Shown one piece after another: positions 48,829 through 57,920 of a stretch of DNA of 64,000 nucleotides (the first letter of the stretch is position 1; each line of letters begins with the position of its first letter). This DNA is from Candidatus Nanohaloarchaea archaeon (lineage in GTDB: Archaea; Nanohalarchaeota; Nanosalinia; Nanosalinales; Nanosalinaceae): contig CP046106.1 of the NCBI GenBank assembly GCA_013343275.1, positions 672,001 through 736,000 on the forward strand, given 5' to 3'. A program made the position numbers and the translations under genes. Below the pieces are notes generated by a model. The model saw only the letters and a list, made by a program, of their open reading frames with translations, was not told the origin of the DNA and made no database searches.

Positions 48829-49163
48829 AAAAGGAAGGCCTGTACAGACTGGCTTTCCTGCTTGCTCTCGCTGGACTAACCCTTATGTACGGCGCAACAT
48901 TCCTTGAGCCTCAGAAAGTCCATGTCTCAGAACTAAAGCCTGCAATGGTTGGAGAAAAGGTCAAGATAAGCGGGACCGTACAGGAACCTTCCGGTAGCAA
49001 ACATTTCTTCTTCACACTGAAGGAAGGTAACTCCACTGTCAGAGCGGTAAAGTTCGACACCTCTCCAGGATATACCTCTGGCGCAGAGGTAACTGTAACC
49101 GGAGAGATAACGATGTACAAGGGAGAGCTGGAGATAATAGTCCAGAAGATCAGGCCTAGATAA
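48825..49163 (+). CDS. Membrane-anchored OB-fold protein
   Basis: N-terminal TM; VKISGTV...FFTL...V.G....YKGELEI. Confidence 0.8.
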   Translation: MKKEGLYRLAFLLALAGLTLMYGATFLEPQKVHVSELKPAMVGEKVKISGTVQEPSGSKHFFFTLKEGNSTVRAVKFDTSPGYTSGAEVTVTGEITMYKGELEIIVQKIRPR

Positions 49164-49206
49164 CAAACTGTCGAATGTTTAAATCTGGAGGCCTCAACAT
49201 TTCTAC

Positions 49207-49587
49207 ATGCTAGGAATTCTCCTGCTACTAATGATAGCAGTGCCTTTCACAGACCTGTACATACTTCTGCAGATAGCTGGAATGATCGGCTTCTGGCAGA
49301 CACTTGCCATAGTAATAGCAACCGGTGTTATCGGGGCAGCGATAGTCCGTAGAGAAGGCCGTCACGTACTGAAAAAACTGCAGCGATCCGTCACTGCTGG
49401 AGAGGTAAGCAGGAACGTAGCAGAGGGAGCCCTCCTCGTAATCGCAGGCTTGCTACTGATAACACCCGGAATAATAACAGATGTAACCGGTTTCCTGTTA
49501 ACCTTCAGGCCTCTAAGAGAACGACTTGTAGCCCGATGGATATCAGGTAACTCCGGCAATATCGAGGTTGAAGTCTTCCGCTTCTAG
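49207..49587 (+). CDS. fxsA: FxsA family membrane protein
   Basis: VP..D..IL, TGVIGA, LLITPGIITD..G. Confidence 0.9.
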   Translation: MLGILLLLMIAVPFTDLYILLQIAGMIGFWQTLAIVIATGVIGAAIVRREGRHVLKKLQRSVTAGEVSRNVAEGALLVIAGLLLITPGIITDVTGFLLTFRPLRERLVARWISGNSGNIEVEVFRF

Positions 49588-50255
49588 CCCATCTTTAACG
49601 AGGCGAAGACCGATACCGCGAGAACCGCAAGACCTAGTTCTGAAGGCACCGCCACACCGAACTGCGAAACACCTATCATGCACAGAACCAGCGCTCCACC
49701 TCTCTCAATATAGGCCAGATTCATGCTCTCTATATCCACAAGAGATGCCAGATAGAGAACCAGTACCGCCATCAATGCTGTTCCCATGGCCGGCACGACA
49801 TACTGTAGGCTTGGTGCAGCAGCTGAAAGGCTTTTCACAGAGACGACGAGGCCTGTTACAATTATAGCTGGTACCGGGAACTTCTCCGCAATATCGAGCT
49901 CTATAATATGTGCTGCTATCGCTATGATAGCCAGGCCTGTAGCATACTTCAGGCGTGTCATATAGAATATACTAGCGAAAACCGGCGCTATCAAGGCTAC
50001 CACAAGCGCTCCCGCTACAAGGAACGGCGCTACCTGTGATACCATTCTCCGGGCCTCTCTACCATTGCTTGCAGATGAATAAAGCACCGCCAGAGCTCCT
50101 GCACCGCTGAAAATCGTTAGAGCAATATTCACTACATCTGAAAAGGTCTGTATAGCTCCTGTAACCAGTAAAGTAGCGAAGACTCCGTCTACGAGCGGGA
50201 GACAGAGAACGAGCAAAAGCCTTTGGGCGCCGTCGTCTAGAAAGTCCAGAACCAT
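49584..50255 (-). CDS. Haloarchaeal-type membrane protein (DUF5794-like)
   Basis: LPLVDGVFATL..GA, IF.G...LAV pattern recalled from haloarchaeal homologs. Confidence 0.65.
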   Translation of the reverse strand: MVLDFLDDGAQRLLLVLCLPLVDGVFATLLVTGAIQTFSDVVNIALTIFSGAGALAVLYSSASNGREARRMVSQVAPFLVAGALVVALIAPVFASIFYMTRLKYATGLAIIAIAAHIIELDIAEKFPVPAIIVTGLVVSVKSLSAAAPSLQYVVPAMGTALMAVLVLYLASLVDIESMNLAYIERGGALVLCMIGVSQFGVAVPSELGLAVLAVSVFASLKMG

Positions 50256-50459
50256 GCAGAACACCGGAGAAAGCAGGTCTGGAACCAGTTACCACATAAA
50301 CTTGGACTTGGTTCCCTTGAAAGCCTTGAAATTAAAGAAATTAGATAGCATAGTCTCTGACATAATACTCATCTGTACAGCGCCAGAGCATGCTGAAACA
50401 TTCATTCGTAGACAGTAATTATGGCCCGGACAGTTAAAAACATTTTTGCTGTAGAGAAA

Positions 50460-51278
50460 TCAGCGGCCTGCAAGCTTCTTCGAAACCTCATCAAGCAGAC
50501 CAGAAATATCCTCAACATGATCCTGGAGCTCGTCGAAATCGTCCTGAGCAGGCACAGGCTCGATATCCTCCTGAACCTCCTCCTTCGCGTCCTCAATCTC
50601 AGTCTTCAAGTCAGACTCAATCCGGCGGCCTTCCTCCTGCATTCTCTCAATCTTGTCACGCAGAGAACCAATCTTATCGTGGGCCTCCGAAACATTCGAA
50701 CGCAAGGCCTCCATATTCTTCCTCACATCGTTTATCTCGGAAGTAACCTCATTATATCTGAAGTCTATCTTGTTATCTATTTCCTCTCGCTCGGACTGAA
50801 TCCGGCGATCCAGTTGACTGCTATCGACCTTCTCCTCGATCTCTATATCCTCTAGCTCCCTCTGAATAGACTCTATCCTGTCATCAGCATCGGACCTTAT
50901 ACTGTTAACCTTCTCCCGGAAGTTTTCCTCAGCAAGCCTGTTCTCAACAGCAGAGAAAACCTGTTCAAAGACTTCATCCCTGAAATCCTCCATTCTCTCC
51001 TCGAGATCGGACTTGGTAACGGCCTGCGAGATCTCCAGTTTATCGACCTCCTGCTTGAGATCGTTCTCAGTTAGATCACTGTAATCATCTTCCTCAACAA
51101 GAACTTTACCGCCGCTGTTGGCCTCCTCTAACTCCCTTACACGATCGTTCAGACGGCGGATCTCCTTCTTCAGCTCTTCCTCATCGACATCAGAACCAGA
51201 GCCAGTGCTGGCCGACTGCTTCTTGGCTTCGGAAAGCGCCTCGGACAGAGACTTCTCGATATCAGCTGAACCTACCAT
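50460..51278 (-). CDS. Long acidic coiled-coil protein
   Basis: Heptad periodicity over most of its 272 aa. Confidence 0.75.
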   Translation of the reverse strand: MVGSADIEKSLSEALSEAKKQSASTGSGSDVDEEELKKEIRRLNDRVRELEEANSGGKVLVEEDDYSDLTENDLKQEVDKLEISQAVTKSDLEERMEDFRDEVFEQVFSAVENRLAEENFREKVNSIRSDADDRIESIQRELEDIEIEEKVDSSQLDRRIQSEREEIDNKIDFRYNEVTSEINDVRKNMEALRSNVSEAHDKIGSLRDKIERMQEEGRRIESDLKTEIEDAKEEVQEDIEPVPAQDDFDELQDHVEDISGLLDEVSKKLAGR

Positions 51279-51344
51279 AGCGGCCTAAACACAAATTGTC
51301 GAAACCTGCTTAAAATATGAACGATAGAAAAAGAGGAAGAAAGG

Positions 51345-52301
51345 TTACTCATTCATGAAAACAGTCTCGCCCCTGTCAAGAACCTTTCTATCATCAAACC
51401 AGACAGTAGGCTTTTCACACACCGTATCCCAGTGAATATCACAGCTAACCTTTCTCTCATGGCCATCAGGCATGTAACTCGAGTTATCGCCGAACGCAAT
51501 ATGGACTGTTCCAAGCACTTTCTCATCCTGGAGAACGTTACCGATCAAAGTGGCTTTAGGATTAGTACCGAAACCGAACTCGGCCAAGTTACGGGCACCT
51601 TCAATGTTCTCAAAGGCCTCAGCAAGTCCCGAAGTCTCATCGCCGACATGCTTCACGGCAACGGCCTCGGAGTCCTCGATCTCGACCTCAGTACCCTCCG
51701 GCGCGAACGGGAAGTGGTCAGTAACCAGAGTACCGTTGACATTCAGAATCCCGCCATCGGCCTCTCCAGCAGGAAGATTACCGAAGTCTCCCGGCTCATG
51801 TATAATACCGGTATCGGTATGGAAGAGATCAATATCGATCTCGAAAGTCAGATCGGTACCTGAAGGAGTAGTAATTCTTACCTCATCAGTATCTTCAAGA
51901 AGTTCGTAGACCTTCTCGGAAATTCTCTCAACTTCGGAGTAATCGGCCTGAAGGCTGGAGTTCCAGATAGTCTTGTTGATTCCTGGCAGAGTAGCAACCC
52001 GAGAACCAGCATCACAGGCCTCTCTTCTTGCATCGGTATGGCTAAGCGACTTCTTTGTCGGTGCGATCACGACATCCGCTGCCTGCATGGCATCGGCCAC
52101 CTTCTCAGGAGGTTCCTCGCCGTGGTTCTCCGGCTCCTCGTACTCGATGTACGTCCCCTCGACGTCCCGACTATCGATCACTTCAAACAGTGCATCGATC
52201 AAATCGGAATCATTACCGTCATTTACAACGAGAACCTCCTCGCCGTCCTGAACGTTTAAACACTGGTTAACAATTGTCTCGGCACCTTCAACTAAACTCA
52301 T
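51345..52301 (-). CDS. Aminopeptidase (M29/AmpS-like)
   Basis: GTDLTF, NLPAGE, AEFGFGTNP, DEKVLGTVHIAFG, HWD. Confidence 0.9.
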   Translation of the reverse strand: MSLVEGAETIVNQCLNVQDGEEVLVVNDGNDSDLIDALFEVIDSRDVEGTYIEYEEPENHGEEPPEKVADAMQAADVVIAPTKKSLSHTDARREACDAGSRVATLPGINKTIWNSSLQADYSEVERISEKVYELLEDTDEVRITTPSGTDLTFEIDIDLFHTDTGIIHEPGDFGNLPAGEADGGILNVNGTLVTDHFPFAPEGTEVEIEDSEAVAVKHVGDETSGLAEAFENIEGARNLAEFGFGTNPKATLIGNVLQDEKVLGTVHIAFGDNSSYMPDGHERKVSCDIHWDTVCEKPTVWFDDRKVLDRGETVFMNE

Positions 52302-52343
52302 AAACAGAAAAACGGCTGCAAAACTAAAACATCTTTCCCTCTA

Positions 52344-52541
52344 CTACCTGAGATCGACGTAGGTACCACGGCCCTCATCCAGGAACTCAAGCTTGTCCTC
52401 ACGAGCCAGCCAACCAATCGCCATATTCACCTTCGAACGCGGAAAATCCAGAGAGCTCGAAATCGAAGAAACAGAACACTCTCCTTCATCCTCTAAGTAT
52501 CTCCAAACATAACCTGCAACCTCACCAATCTTATCCTCCAA
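52344..52541 (-). CDS. Small wHTH protein (DUF2582-like)
   Basis: IGEVAGYVWRYL...AIGWLAREDK. Confidence 0.85.
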   Translation of the reverse strand: MEDKIGEVAGYVWRYLEDEGECSVSSISSSLDFPRSKVNMAIGWLAREDKLEFLDEGRGTYVDLR

Positions 52542-52633
52542 AAACAGTTCACCTAAACAAAAAATACGCAGGCCCGTTTAAATCAACTTCTCCATATAAA
52601 AAATTCTGTAACCTACACAGAAAACACAGAAAG

Positions 52634-52784
52634 GCCTCGATGGCTCAGCCTGGCTAGAGCGGTCCCCTCGTACGCCTGCCAATGCCCAGAGCGGCACGCA
52701 TCAGACCATGCTCAGCATGGCCTACAATCAAACTTGACAGGCACAGAAAGGGACAGGTCCCGGGTTCAAATCCCGGTCGGGGCT
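52634..52784 (+). tRNA. tRNA-Thr(CGU) with 76-nt intron at 37/38 (52673-52748)
   Basis: Acceptor GCCTCGA/TCGGGGC, U73; D-arm GCTC/GAGC; anticodon stem GTCCC/GGGAC with CT-CGT-A|A; T-arm CCGGG-TTCAAAT-CCCGG. Confidence 0.93.
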
Positions 52785-52844
52785 TCAAATTCCATAATAA
52801 ATTTTCCAGTAAGACCAGCTCTAACTTAACGTTTTAGATGCAAG

Positions 52845-53366
52845 TTGTATGGTGTGGCAGAACCTCAGGAAGAGTATGATACACTTGTTAGAGGAAGTCT
52901 TCTGAGAGGTGTTGATGAGCGCGGCGAGTATACCCAGGCCTCTTTCCAGGAGGACGGTGTTTTTGTGGATATAGTTAGAAGACCTAGAGGCTACGAGCTA
53001 AGTTTTGAAACTGATAAAGGCCTGAAAGATATTTACGAAGGTATTGTGGAGAACTATCATCCGAAAGGTCTGGTAGAGGCTATCAATTCAGAAGGAGATA
53101 GTTTTGGGCTGGATCCTGATGCCTGGAACGGTGGCAATTACGAGGATTTTGTCGAGGCCTATTTTAACTTCGGTAATTTCAGCGTTGAATGGTTTGCCAT
53201 CGATGATGAATCTGAAAGAGAGTATATGGTTGACGTTTTCAGCAACACTATTCACTTTGATACCACCGAACCAGTATCAGAGGCCGGCTGGATGATCGGC
53301 GAGGCCGTAACAGATGCGGACAGCAGTCTATTTGATGAGGTCCAGCGTTTCCTGAACGAAGATTAA
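52845..53366 (+). CDS. Acidic hypothetical protein downstream of the tRNA
   Basis: 173-aa ORF, start uncertain. Confidence 0.65.
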   Translation: MYGVAEPQEEYDTLVRGSLLRGVDERGEYTQASFQEDGVFVDIVRRPRGYELSFETDKGLKDIYEGIVENYHPKGLVEAINSEGDSFGLDPDAWNGGNYEDFVEAYFNFGNFSVEWFAIDDESEREYMVDVFSNTIHFDTTEPVSEAGWMIGEAVTDADSSLFDEVQRFLNED

Positions 53367-53384
53367 GAGATGGAACTACAAGAA

Positions 53385-53492
53385 CTAGAACAGGTTCGAC
53401 ATGCAGACTTCGTGTACTGGTCCTTCCGATGTCTTCATTCCTGAAGACCGGATATCTTCTCCACAGACCAGACATTCTTCAGCTACTTCCAT
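53385..53492 (-). CDS. 35-aa zinc-finger micro-protein
   Basis: MEVAEECLVCGEDIRSSGMKTSEGPVHEVCMSNLF (CxxC...HxxC); leaderless after TAATATATT. Confidence 0.65.
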   Translation of the reverse strand: MEVAEECLVCGEDIRSSGMKTSEGPVHEVCMSNLF

Positions 53493-53570
53493 ACAGTATT
53501 ATACGTATAGCTAATATATTAATGTATCTCCAAACATTTGTTTTAAAATTGTTGAGTTTATACCTTTTCT

Positions 53571-54020
53571 ATGGCAGAGTTTAGTGTTGATGATAAGGAT
53601 CGGCAAATAATTGAACAGTTGTTGTCGGATGGAAGGGCCTCTCTGAGGAAAATTGCGGAGAAAATCAGCGTCTCGCCTTCCACAGCAAGCAATCGATTCA
53701 AGAAGCTTCGAGATAACGGTGTTATACAGAGTTTTGTGCCAGTGCTTGACTACGAGAAGATGGGCTACACCTTCAGTACGTTGACTCATATCAAGTCCGA
53801 GCCCGGCGAAGTAAGCCCCATTGCTCAGAAGTTGAAGGAGAAAGCCTTTATCGAGCAGTGCTTTACGATTACCGGTGATGCAGATATCATAATTCTCTCT
53901 CATTTCGAGGACCGTGAGAAGATGAACGATTCTTTACAGGATATTCAGAGTATGGAAGGGATAGAAGAGACGAAGACGAACGTGATTCTGGAGTCTTACA
54001 GGCAGCAGATGAAGCTATAG
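53571..54020 (+). CDS. Lrp/AsnC family regulator
   Basis: DDKDRQII..L..DGR.S...IA....VS..T...R...L...GVI; ITGDAD. Confidence 0.93.
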   Translation: MAEFSVDDKDRQIIEQLLSDGRASLRKIAEKISVSPSTASNRFKKLRDNGVIQSFVPVLDYEKMGYTFSTLTHIKSEPGEVSPIAQKLKEKAFIEQCFTITGDADIIILSHFEDREKMNDSLQDIQSMEGIEETKTNVILESYRQQMKL

Positions 54021-55130
54021 GTCGTCTTTCGTCATTATGAAGACTTCGCTGGATGAGACTGTCTCGTTTCGCGACTTCCCTACTATGTAATCTGCTTCAA
54101 GCTGTTCAGCTGTTTCAACAGCTTTCTCATCTACTTCTCCATCCATGACTACGGCATAACACTTCTTCTCCAGTTCTGAGATAGCAGAGACAGGCCTTTT
54201 CTCTACCACTTCTCCTTCCTCATCGAGGGTGTTTACTGCCCTGGTACCTGTTAGCTCCGAGATCTTGCCGGAGAAAGTTTCAATATCCTCATCCGCGATC
54301 TGTTGCTCTACCTCAGGCTCCTCCGTATATTTAACAGGCTCCCTGTCTCTGAGGGCTGAGTGCACTTCCCTCTTCGAGAGTTCTTCTACCTCTTTTCCTT
54401 CAGGAGCTCGGGCCACGTACTCGGGCTCGGCTTTCTCCTTCAGTTCCTTGAGTATGAGGTCTCCTCCTCTGTCGCCGTCGAGGAAAGCGGTTATCTCCTT
54501 CTCTTCTGCTATTCTCTGGATCTGTGAGGGTACTGATGTGCCGCCGATCGCCAGTGCGTTCTTCACTCCTTTCTCCAGAAGGTTGACGACGTCGGCCTTC
54601 CCCTCCACAATTACGATGCTGTCGTCCCATTCTACATCCGGGCCTGCGATAAATGAGTGGTACTCTGTAAGCTCCTCCTTCCTGACCTCCTGCTTGATAT
54701 CATTCATAAGCTCCTTTTTATCAGGCGTCTCGCGCTCTATATCCTGCAGAAGCTGTTTTGAGCGCTTGACAATGTAGTCTCTTTTCGATACTCTCAGGTC
54801 TTCAATACTGTCAACTGTTAGATCGGCATTGCTTGGGCCGATCTTTTCTATGGTTTCAAGCGAGGCCGCTAGCAGAGCAGTTTCAGTCGCGTCGAGAGAG
54901 GTTGGGAGTTCGAAGGAGGCCTCTGTGCTGCCGTCCTTCTCCTCTATCTCGACGTTCATTCTGCCGATCTTTCCTCGATCCTTGAGTTCACGTAGATCGA
55001 GCTGGTCGCCGAGAAGGCCTTCGGTCTGTCCGAAGATTGCGCCGACTATATCTGATTTCTCGACAACTCCTGCTATTTCGATTGTTGCGTTTATCATGTA
55101 CTTTGCGGATTTCTGTGATGTCTTGCCCAT
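54015..55130 (-). CDS. dnaG: Archaeal DnaG (primase-like, exosome-associated)
   Basis: DIVGAIFGQTEGLLG, VEGKADV, DGDRGG Toprim. Confidence 0.96.
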   Translation of the reverse strand: MGKTSQKSAKYMINATIEIAGVVEKSDIVGAIFGQTEGLLGDQLDLRELKDRGKIGRMNVEIEEKDGSTEASFELPTSLDATETALLAASLETIEKIGPSNADLTVDSIEDLRVSKRDYIVKRSKQLLQDIERETPDKKELMNDIKQEVRKEELTEYHSFIAGPDVEWDDSIVIVEGKADVVNLLEKGVKNALAIGGTSVPSQIQRIAEEKEITAFLDGDRGGDLILKELKEKAEPEYVARAPEGKEVEELSKREVHSALRDREPVKYTEEPEVEQQIADEDIETFSGKISELTGTRAVNTLDEEGEVVEKRPVSAISELEKKCYAVVMDGEVDEKAVETAEQLEADYIVGKSRNETVSSSEVFIMTKDDL

Positions 55131-55379
55131 TTAGTATTCAGCCTCTATTTTTCGTTCAACTTTCTCTTCAGGTAGATCTACCTTCAGCTTTTTTCTCCTG
55201 CTCTGATGACCTGATATAATACCAGGTTTCTCTCCAAGTATCTCGGTCAGCTTATTTACCAGTTCCGAGTTGGCCCTGCCGTTCTCTGCCTCTGACCCGA
55301 GGTGGACTGTTGGAAATCTTCCTTCCTCAATCCTGAATTCGTTTTGATCCGGTTTAACTTTAACATAGAATTCTGTCAT
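55131..55379 (-). CDS. DUF167/YggU family protein
   Basis: VKVKP...ENGRANSEL...ISGHQSRRK. Confidence 0.85.
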   Translation of the reverse strand: MTEFYVKVKPDQNEFRIEEGRFPTVHLGSEAENGRANSELVNKLTEILGEKPGIISGHQSRRKKLKVDLPEEKVERKIEAEY

Positions 55380-55413
55380 TTTTCTCCAGGCCTCTTGGAA
55401 AGGATAAAAGTAG

Positions 55414-55510
55414 TGTGGCTGCCCTGTAACACAGATGATCATTCCTGTAGTCCCGGAAGGTCACATCTGCTGACCGAGGGCAGCCGTGAGGAAGTGTTTA
55501 CCTTCCTCAG
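55414..55510 (-). ncRNA. Box H/ACA guide RNA (single guide hairpin plus 5' hairpin)
   Basis: Minus strand: GGCUGCCCU-CGGUCAG-CAGAUG-UGA..UUCC/GGAA-UGAU-CAUCUG-UGUUAC-AGGGCAGCC-ACA, i.e. lower stem, pocket, upper stem, K-turn and ACA box. Confidence 0.85.
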
Positions 55511-55554
55511 TAAATACTGTGAACGTTAACCTTTTACCTCTGAGAATATTCTCT

Positions 55555-56241
55555 CTACTGGAAGAAGGTTCCGTCTGTCGGCGGCGTGTACGACTCCTGC
55601 TTTGTCTTCGTCTGTACCGGTTCCTCGCCGTGGTATTTGCGAATGTAGTCGAAGTACTCTGAAAGTCTTTCACGGGCGTACTCTATATCGTACTCTATCA
55701 TCTCCTCTCCCAGCCTGTTAACAAACCATTTCTTGAACAAGCGGTTAAGAGGGTAGGCGAAGATTCTCGGCAGCCAGTCGATGCCGTCCGGAAAATCGTA
55801 CTTAACCTCGAGAGTAACCCAGTACTCGATCAGGCCGAAGTTGTTGTCGCCTGACGGCGGGCTCTGGGTAGCAGGGTTTGTTGTCAGCTTCAGCTTGCCG
55901 TGATCGCTCGGAAGGCCTTCGGAAACCTCCATTATAGACTCGAAATCTCCGCTGTCAACGTTCTCGTAGTAGAAAGTCTCCGCCGGTTTATCCAGGTCCA
56001 TGTTCTGGTTGAAGATGTACTTGTGGTCCTTGTAGATACTGACAATATTCGGGCTCTCATACCATTCAGCCTTGTTCTGTATCTCAACCCAGCCCCCCTC
56101 GAAGAGATGCTCGTGATGCCATATATCATCAGCGTGCTCAAACTTATCCTTCTCGTAATCCGAGTTATACGGCTTGCCTGGAGTATGAAGCCAGCACATG
56201 GCCTTCTGCAGGAAGTTCAGGTCTTCTTCGTCATCCGACAT
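55555..56241 (-). CDS. Unknown protein, paralog 3 of triplet
   Basis: 228 aa, aromatic-rich; C-terminal helix similar to its neighbours. Confidence 0.8.
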   Translation of the reverse strand: MSDDEEDLNFLQKAMCWLHTPGKPYNSDYEKDKFEHADDIWHHEHLFEGGWVEIQNKAEWYESPNIVSIYKDHKYIFNQNMDLDKPAETFYYENVDSGDFESIMEVSEGLPSDHGKLKLTTNPATQSPPSGDNNFGLIEYWVTLEVKYDFPDGIDWLPRIFAYPLNRLFKKWFVNRLGEEMIEYDIEYARERLSEYFDYIRKYHGEEPVQTKTKQESYTPPTDGTFFQ

Positions 56242-56247
56242 TTTTCA

Positions 56248-56865
56248 TCACTGCCATGGCGGTGTGTAGTGTGAGCTGCCGGTCCGGACGATACCGTCCT
56301 CTACACCGAACTTCTCTCTCATTAGGTTTTGAAGTCGAACAACGATCTCTGAGGCCTCCTCCTCGTACCTGTGGATTTCCTTGGAGTAAAACTTGTTGTA
56401 CCATATTCCGACAAGGATCTTGTAGAACTTGGAGCGCTGGAACTGTGTCTTCTCATCTTCAAGGCCTGTGCTACCGTAGTTGCTCTGAGGGTATTCTGTA
56501 ATAGGGTAAGGCTCCCAGATCTCCTTGTTACCGCCAGGATATACAGTAATAACCTTGCCTGTGGTCTTTACACGGACTTTTTTGATATCGTCAGGCCTGT
56601 CCTCTTTGTATATGTCTTTTGGATCCTTTACCCTCCAGCTCAGGTTGAAGTACAGGACAGTGTTCCTGGATTTCTCCTTGAATGCGTGCATACGGATCTT
56701 GTCCTTCGGCCCGGTTACGGAGAACTCGTTACGGCCTTCCTCTATCCTGTCTATATCGAACTCCTCCACAAGCAGGTCCTTGATACCTCTGTAGATCCGG
56801 GCCGGATCCTCCTTGACGAAGTAGTGATCCTGCTTGGAGAGCGCGTCCTCCTCGAACTTAACCAC
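56248..56865 (-). CDS. Unknown protein, paralog 2 of triplet
   Basis: 205 aa; overlaps the upstream gene by 8 nt; GGAGG RBS. Confidence 0.8.
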   Translation of the reverse strand: MVKFEEDALSKQDHYFVKEDPARIYRGIKDLLVEEFDIDRIEEGRNEFSVTGPKDKIRMHAFKEKSRNTVLYFNLSWRVKDPKDIYKEDRPDDIKKVRVKTTGKVITVYPGGNKEIWEPYPITEYPQSNYGSTGLEDEKTQFQRSKFYKILVGIWYNKFYSKEIHRYEEEASEIVVRLQNLMREKFGVEDGIVRTGSSHYTPPWQ

Positions 56866-57322
56866 TGTAATCAGCCTCCATATCCTCCTTGATGTAGTCC
56901 ATCAAGGTATCAACCCTTCCCTCTACAGCGTGCTCGTAGCCTTCTCTAGTCTCTCCGTAAAGAAACTTGTCGTAGAGAGATCGGTACGCGTAGTAGAGAA
57001 GAGAGTCCTGATAGTTTTTCTCCGTAGGGTAAGAAGTCACAAGCTTGGCTTTCAGCTGTATATCCATCTCGGAGGCCTCACGGTCTATATGCAGGAATAT
57101 CTCCATCCTCTCAACCGTGAGATGGTCCATTGCGTTGGTTGTTACTATCTTGGCCCTGATATCTCTGCCGTCTACATCGTTGTAGTATTTCTCTTCGTTC
57201 ACCGAGGAGAACTTGATTCTGTCCTCCAGAAGCATTCTGAGTGAGGAGTAAACCTCTTCCGGATCCTCCACTTTCAGGGTAAGTCTCCTGCGTGTTACTT
57301 CCTCGGTGATCTTCATACTCAT
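56858..57322 (-). CDS. Unknown protein, paralog 1 of triplet
   Basis: 154 aa; VEDPEEVY..LR.LL resembles KEDPARIY..IK.LL of paralog 2. Confidence 0.8.
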   Translation of the reverse strand: MSMKITEEVTRRRLTLKVEDPEEVYSSLRMLLEDRIKFSSVNEEKYYNDVDGRDIRAKIVTTNAMDHLTVERMEIFLHIDREASEMDIQLKAKLVTSYPTEKNYQDSLLYYAYRSLYDKFLYGETREGYEHAVEGRVDTLMDYIKEDMEADYSG

Positions 57323-57382
57323 AGTGTATAGACTGTAATTAGAGAAAGCTGGATAAAAAAGTATTAGAAGAATGTGAGGCCG

Positions 57383-57919
57383 TTACCGGCACTCCTCACA
57401 TAGAAGCATTCCGTTGACTTCTTTGAGGTCCTCGCTGTAGTTCTCACAGCTCTCACAGACTCCTTCCCTAGATGTCTCTCTTGGAGTTGCCTCGGCCTGC
57501 ATCTCTACTTCTTCACCCATTATCTCAGCGTAACCAGGCCATGCTCTCAGAATATCGGTCTGGGTAAGGATTCCGACAAGCATCTCATCTCTTACTACTG
57601 GAACTCTTGATATATCGTTTCTTGCCATCGCCATTGCGACATCATCCAGAAGCTCGTCTTCATCAGCCACCACTAGATCAGTACTCATTATATCCTTGAC
57701 AAGAACATCTTCAGGATCCTTGTTGTCGGCTACTACCTCGTAGACAATGTCTCTGCAGACTACTACACCTACAGCATCTTCATCGTCGACAACCACAAGG
57801 CCTCTGATCTCTTCATCTTTCAGAAGCTGTGCGGCCTCTTTTACTGTTTTTTCCTGTTCGACTGCGATGACTCCTTCAGTCATCAGCTCCTTTACCTGTA
57901 CTTCACTATCTACTGCCAT
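57383..57919 (-). CDS. CBS-pair protein with C-terminal Zn ribbon
   Basis: Two CBS motifs; CESC...CEEC. Confidence 0.92.
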   Translation of the reverse strand: MAVDSEVQVKELMTEGVIAVEQEKTVKEAAQLLKDEEIRGLVVVDDEDAVGVVVCRDIVYEVVADNKDPEDVLVKDIMSTDLVVADEDELLDDVAMAMARNDISRVPVVRDEMLVGILTQTDILRAWPGYAEIMGEEVEMQAEATPRETSREGVCESCENYSEDLKEVNGMLLCEECR

Positions 57920-57920
57920 T

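Noticed and set aside
52785-53500. Integrated element at the tRNA-Thr 3' end
   Set aside because: No integrase and no duplicated tRNA 3' end seen
55450-55500. Plus-strand GTCCCGGAAGG and GAGGAAG suggested SRP or RNase P RNA
   Set aside because: The partner motifs are missing; the minus strand fits H/ACA completely
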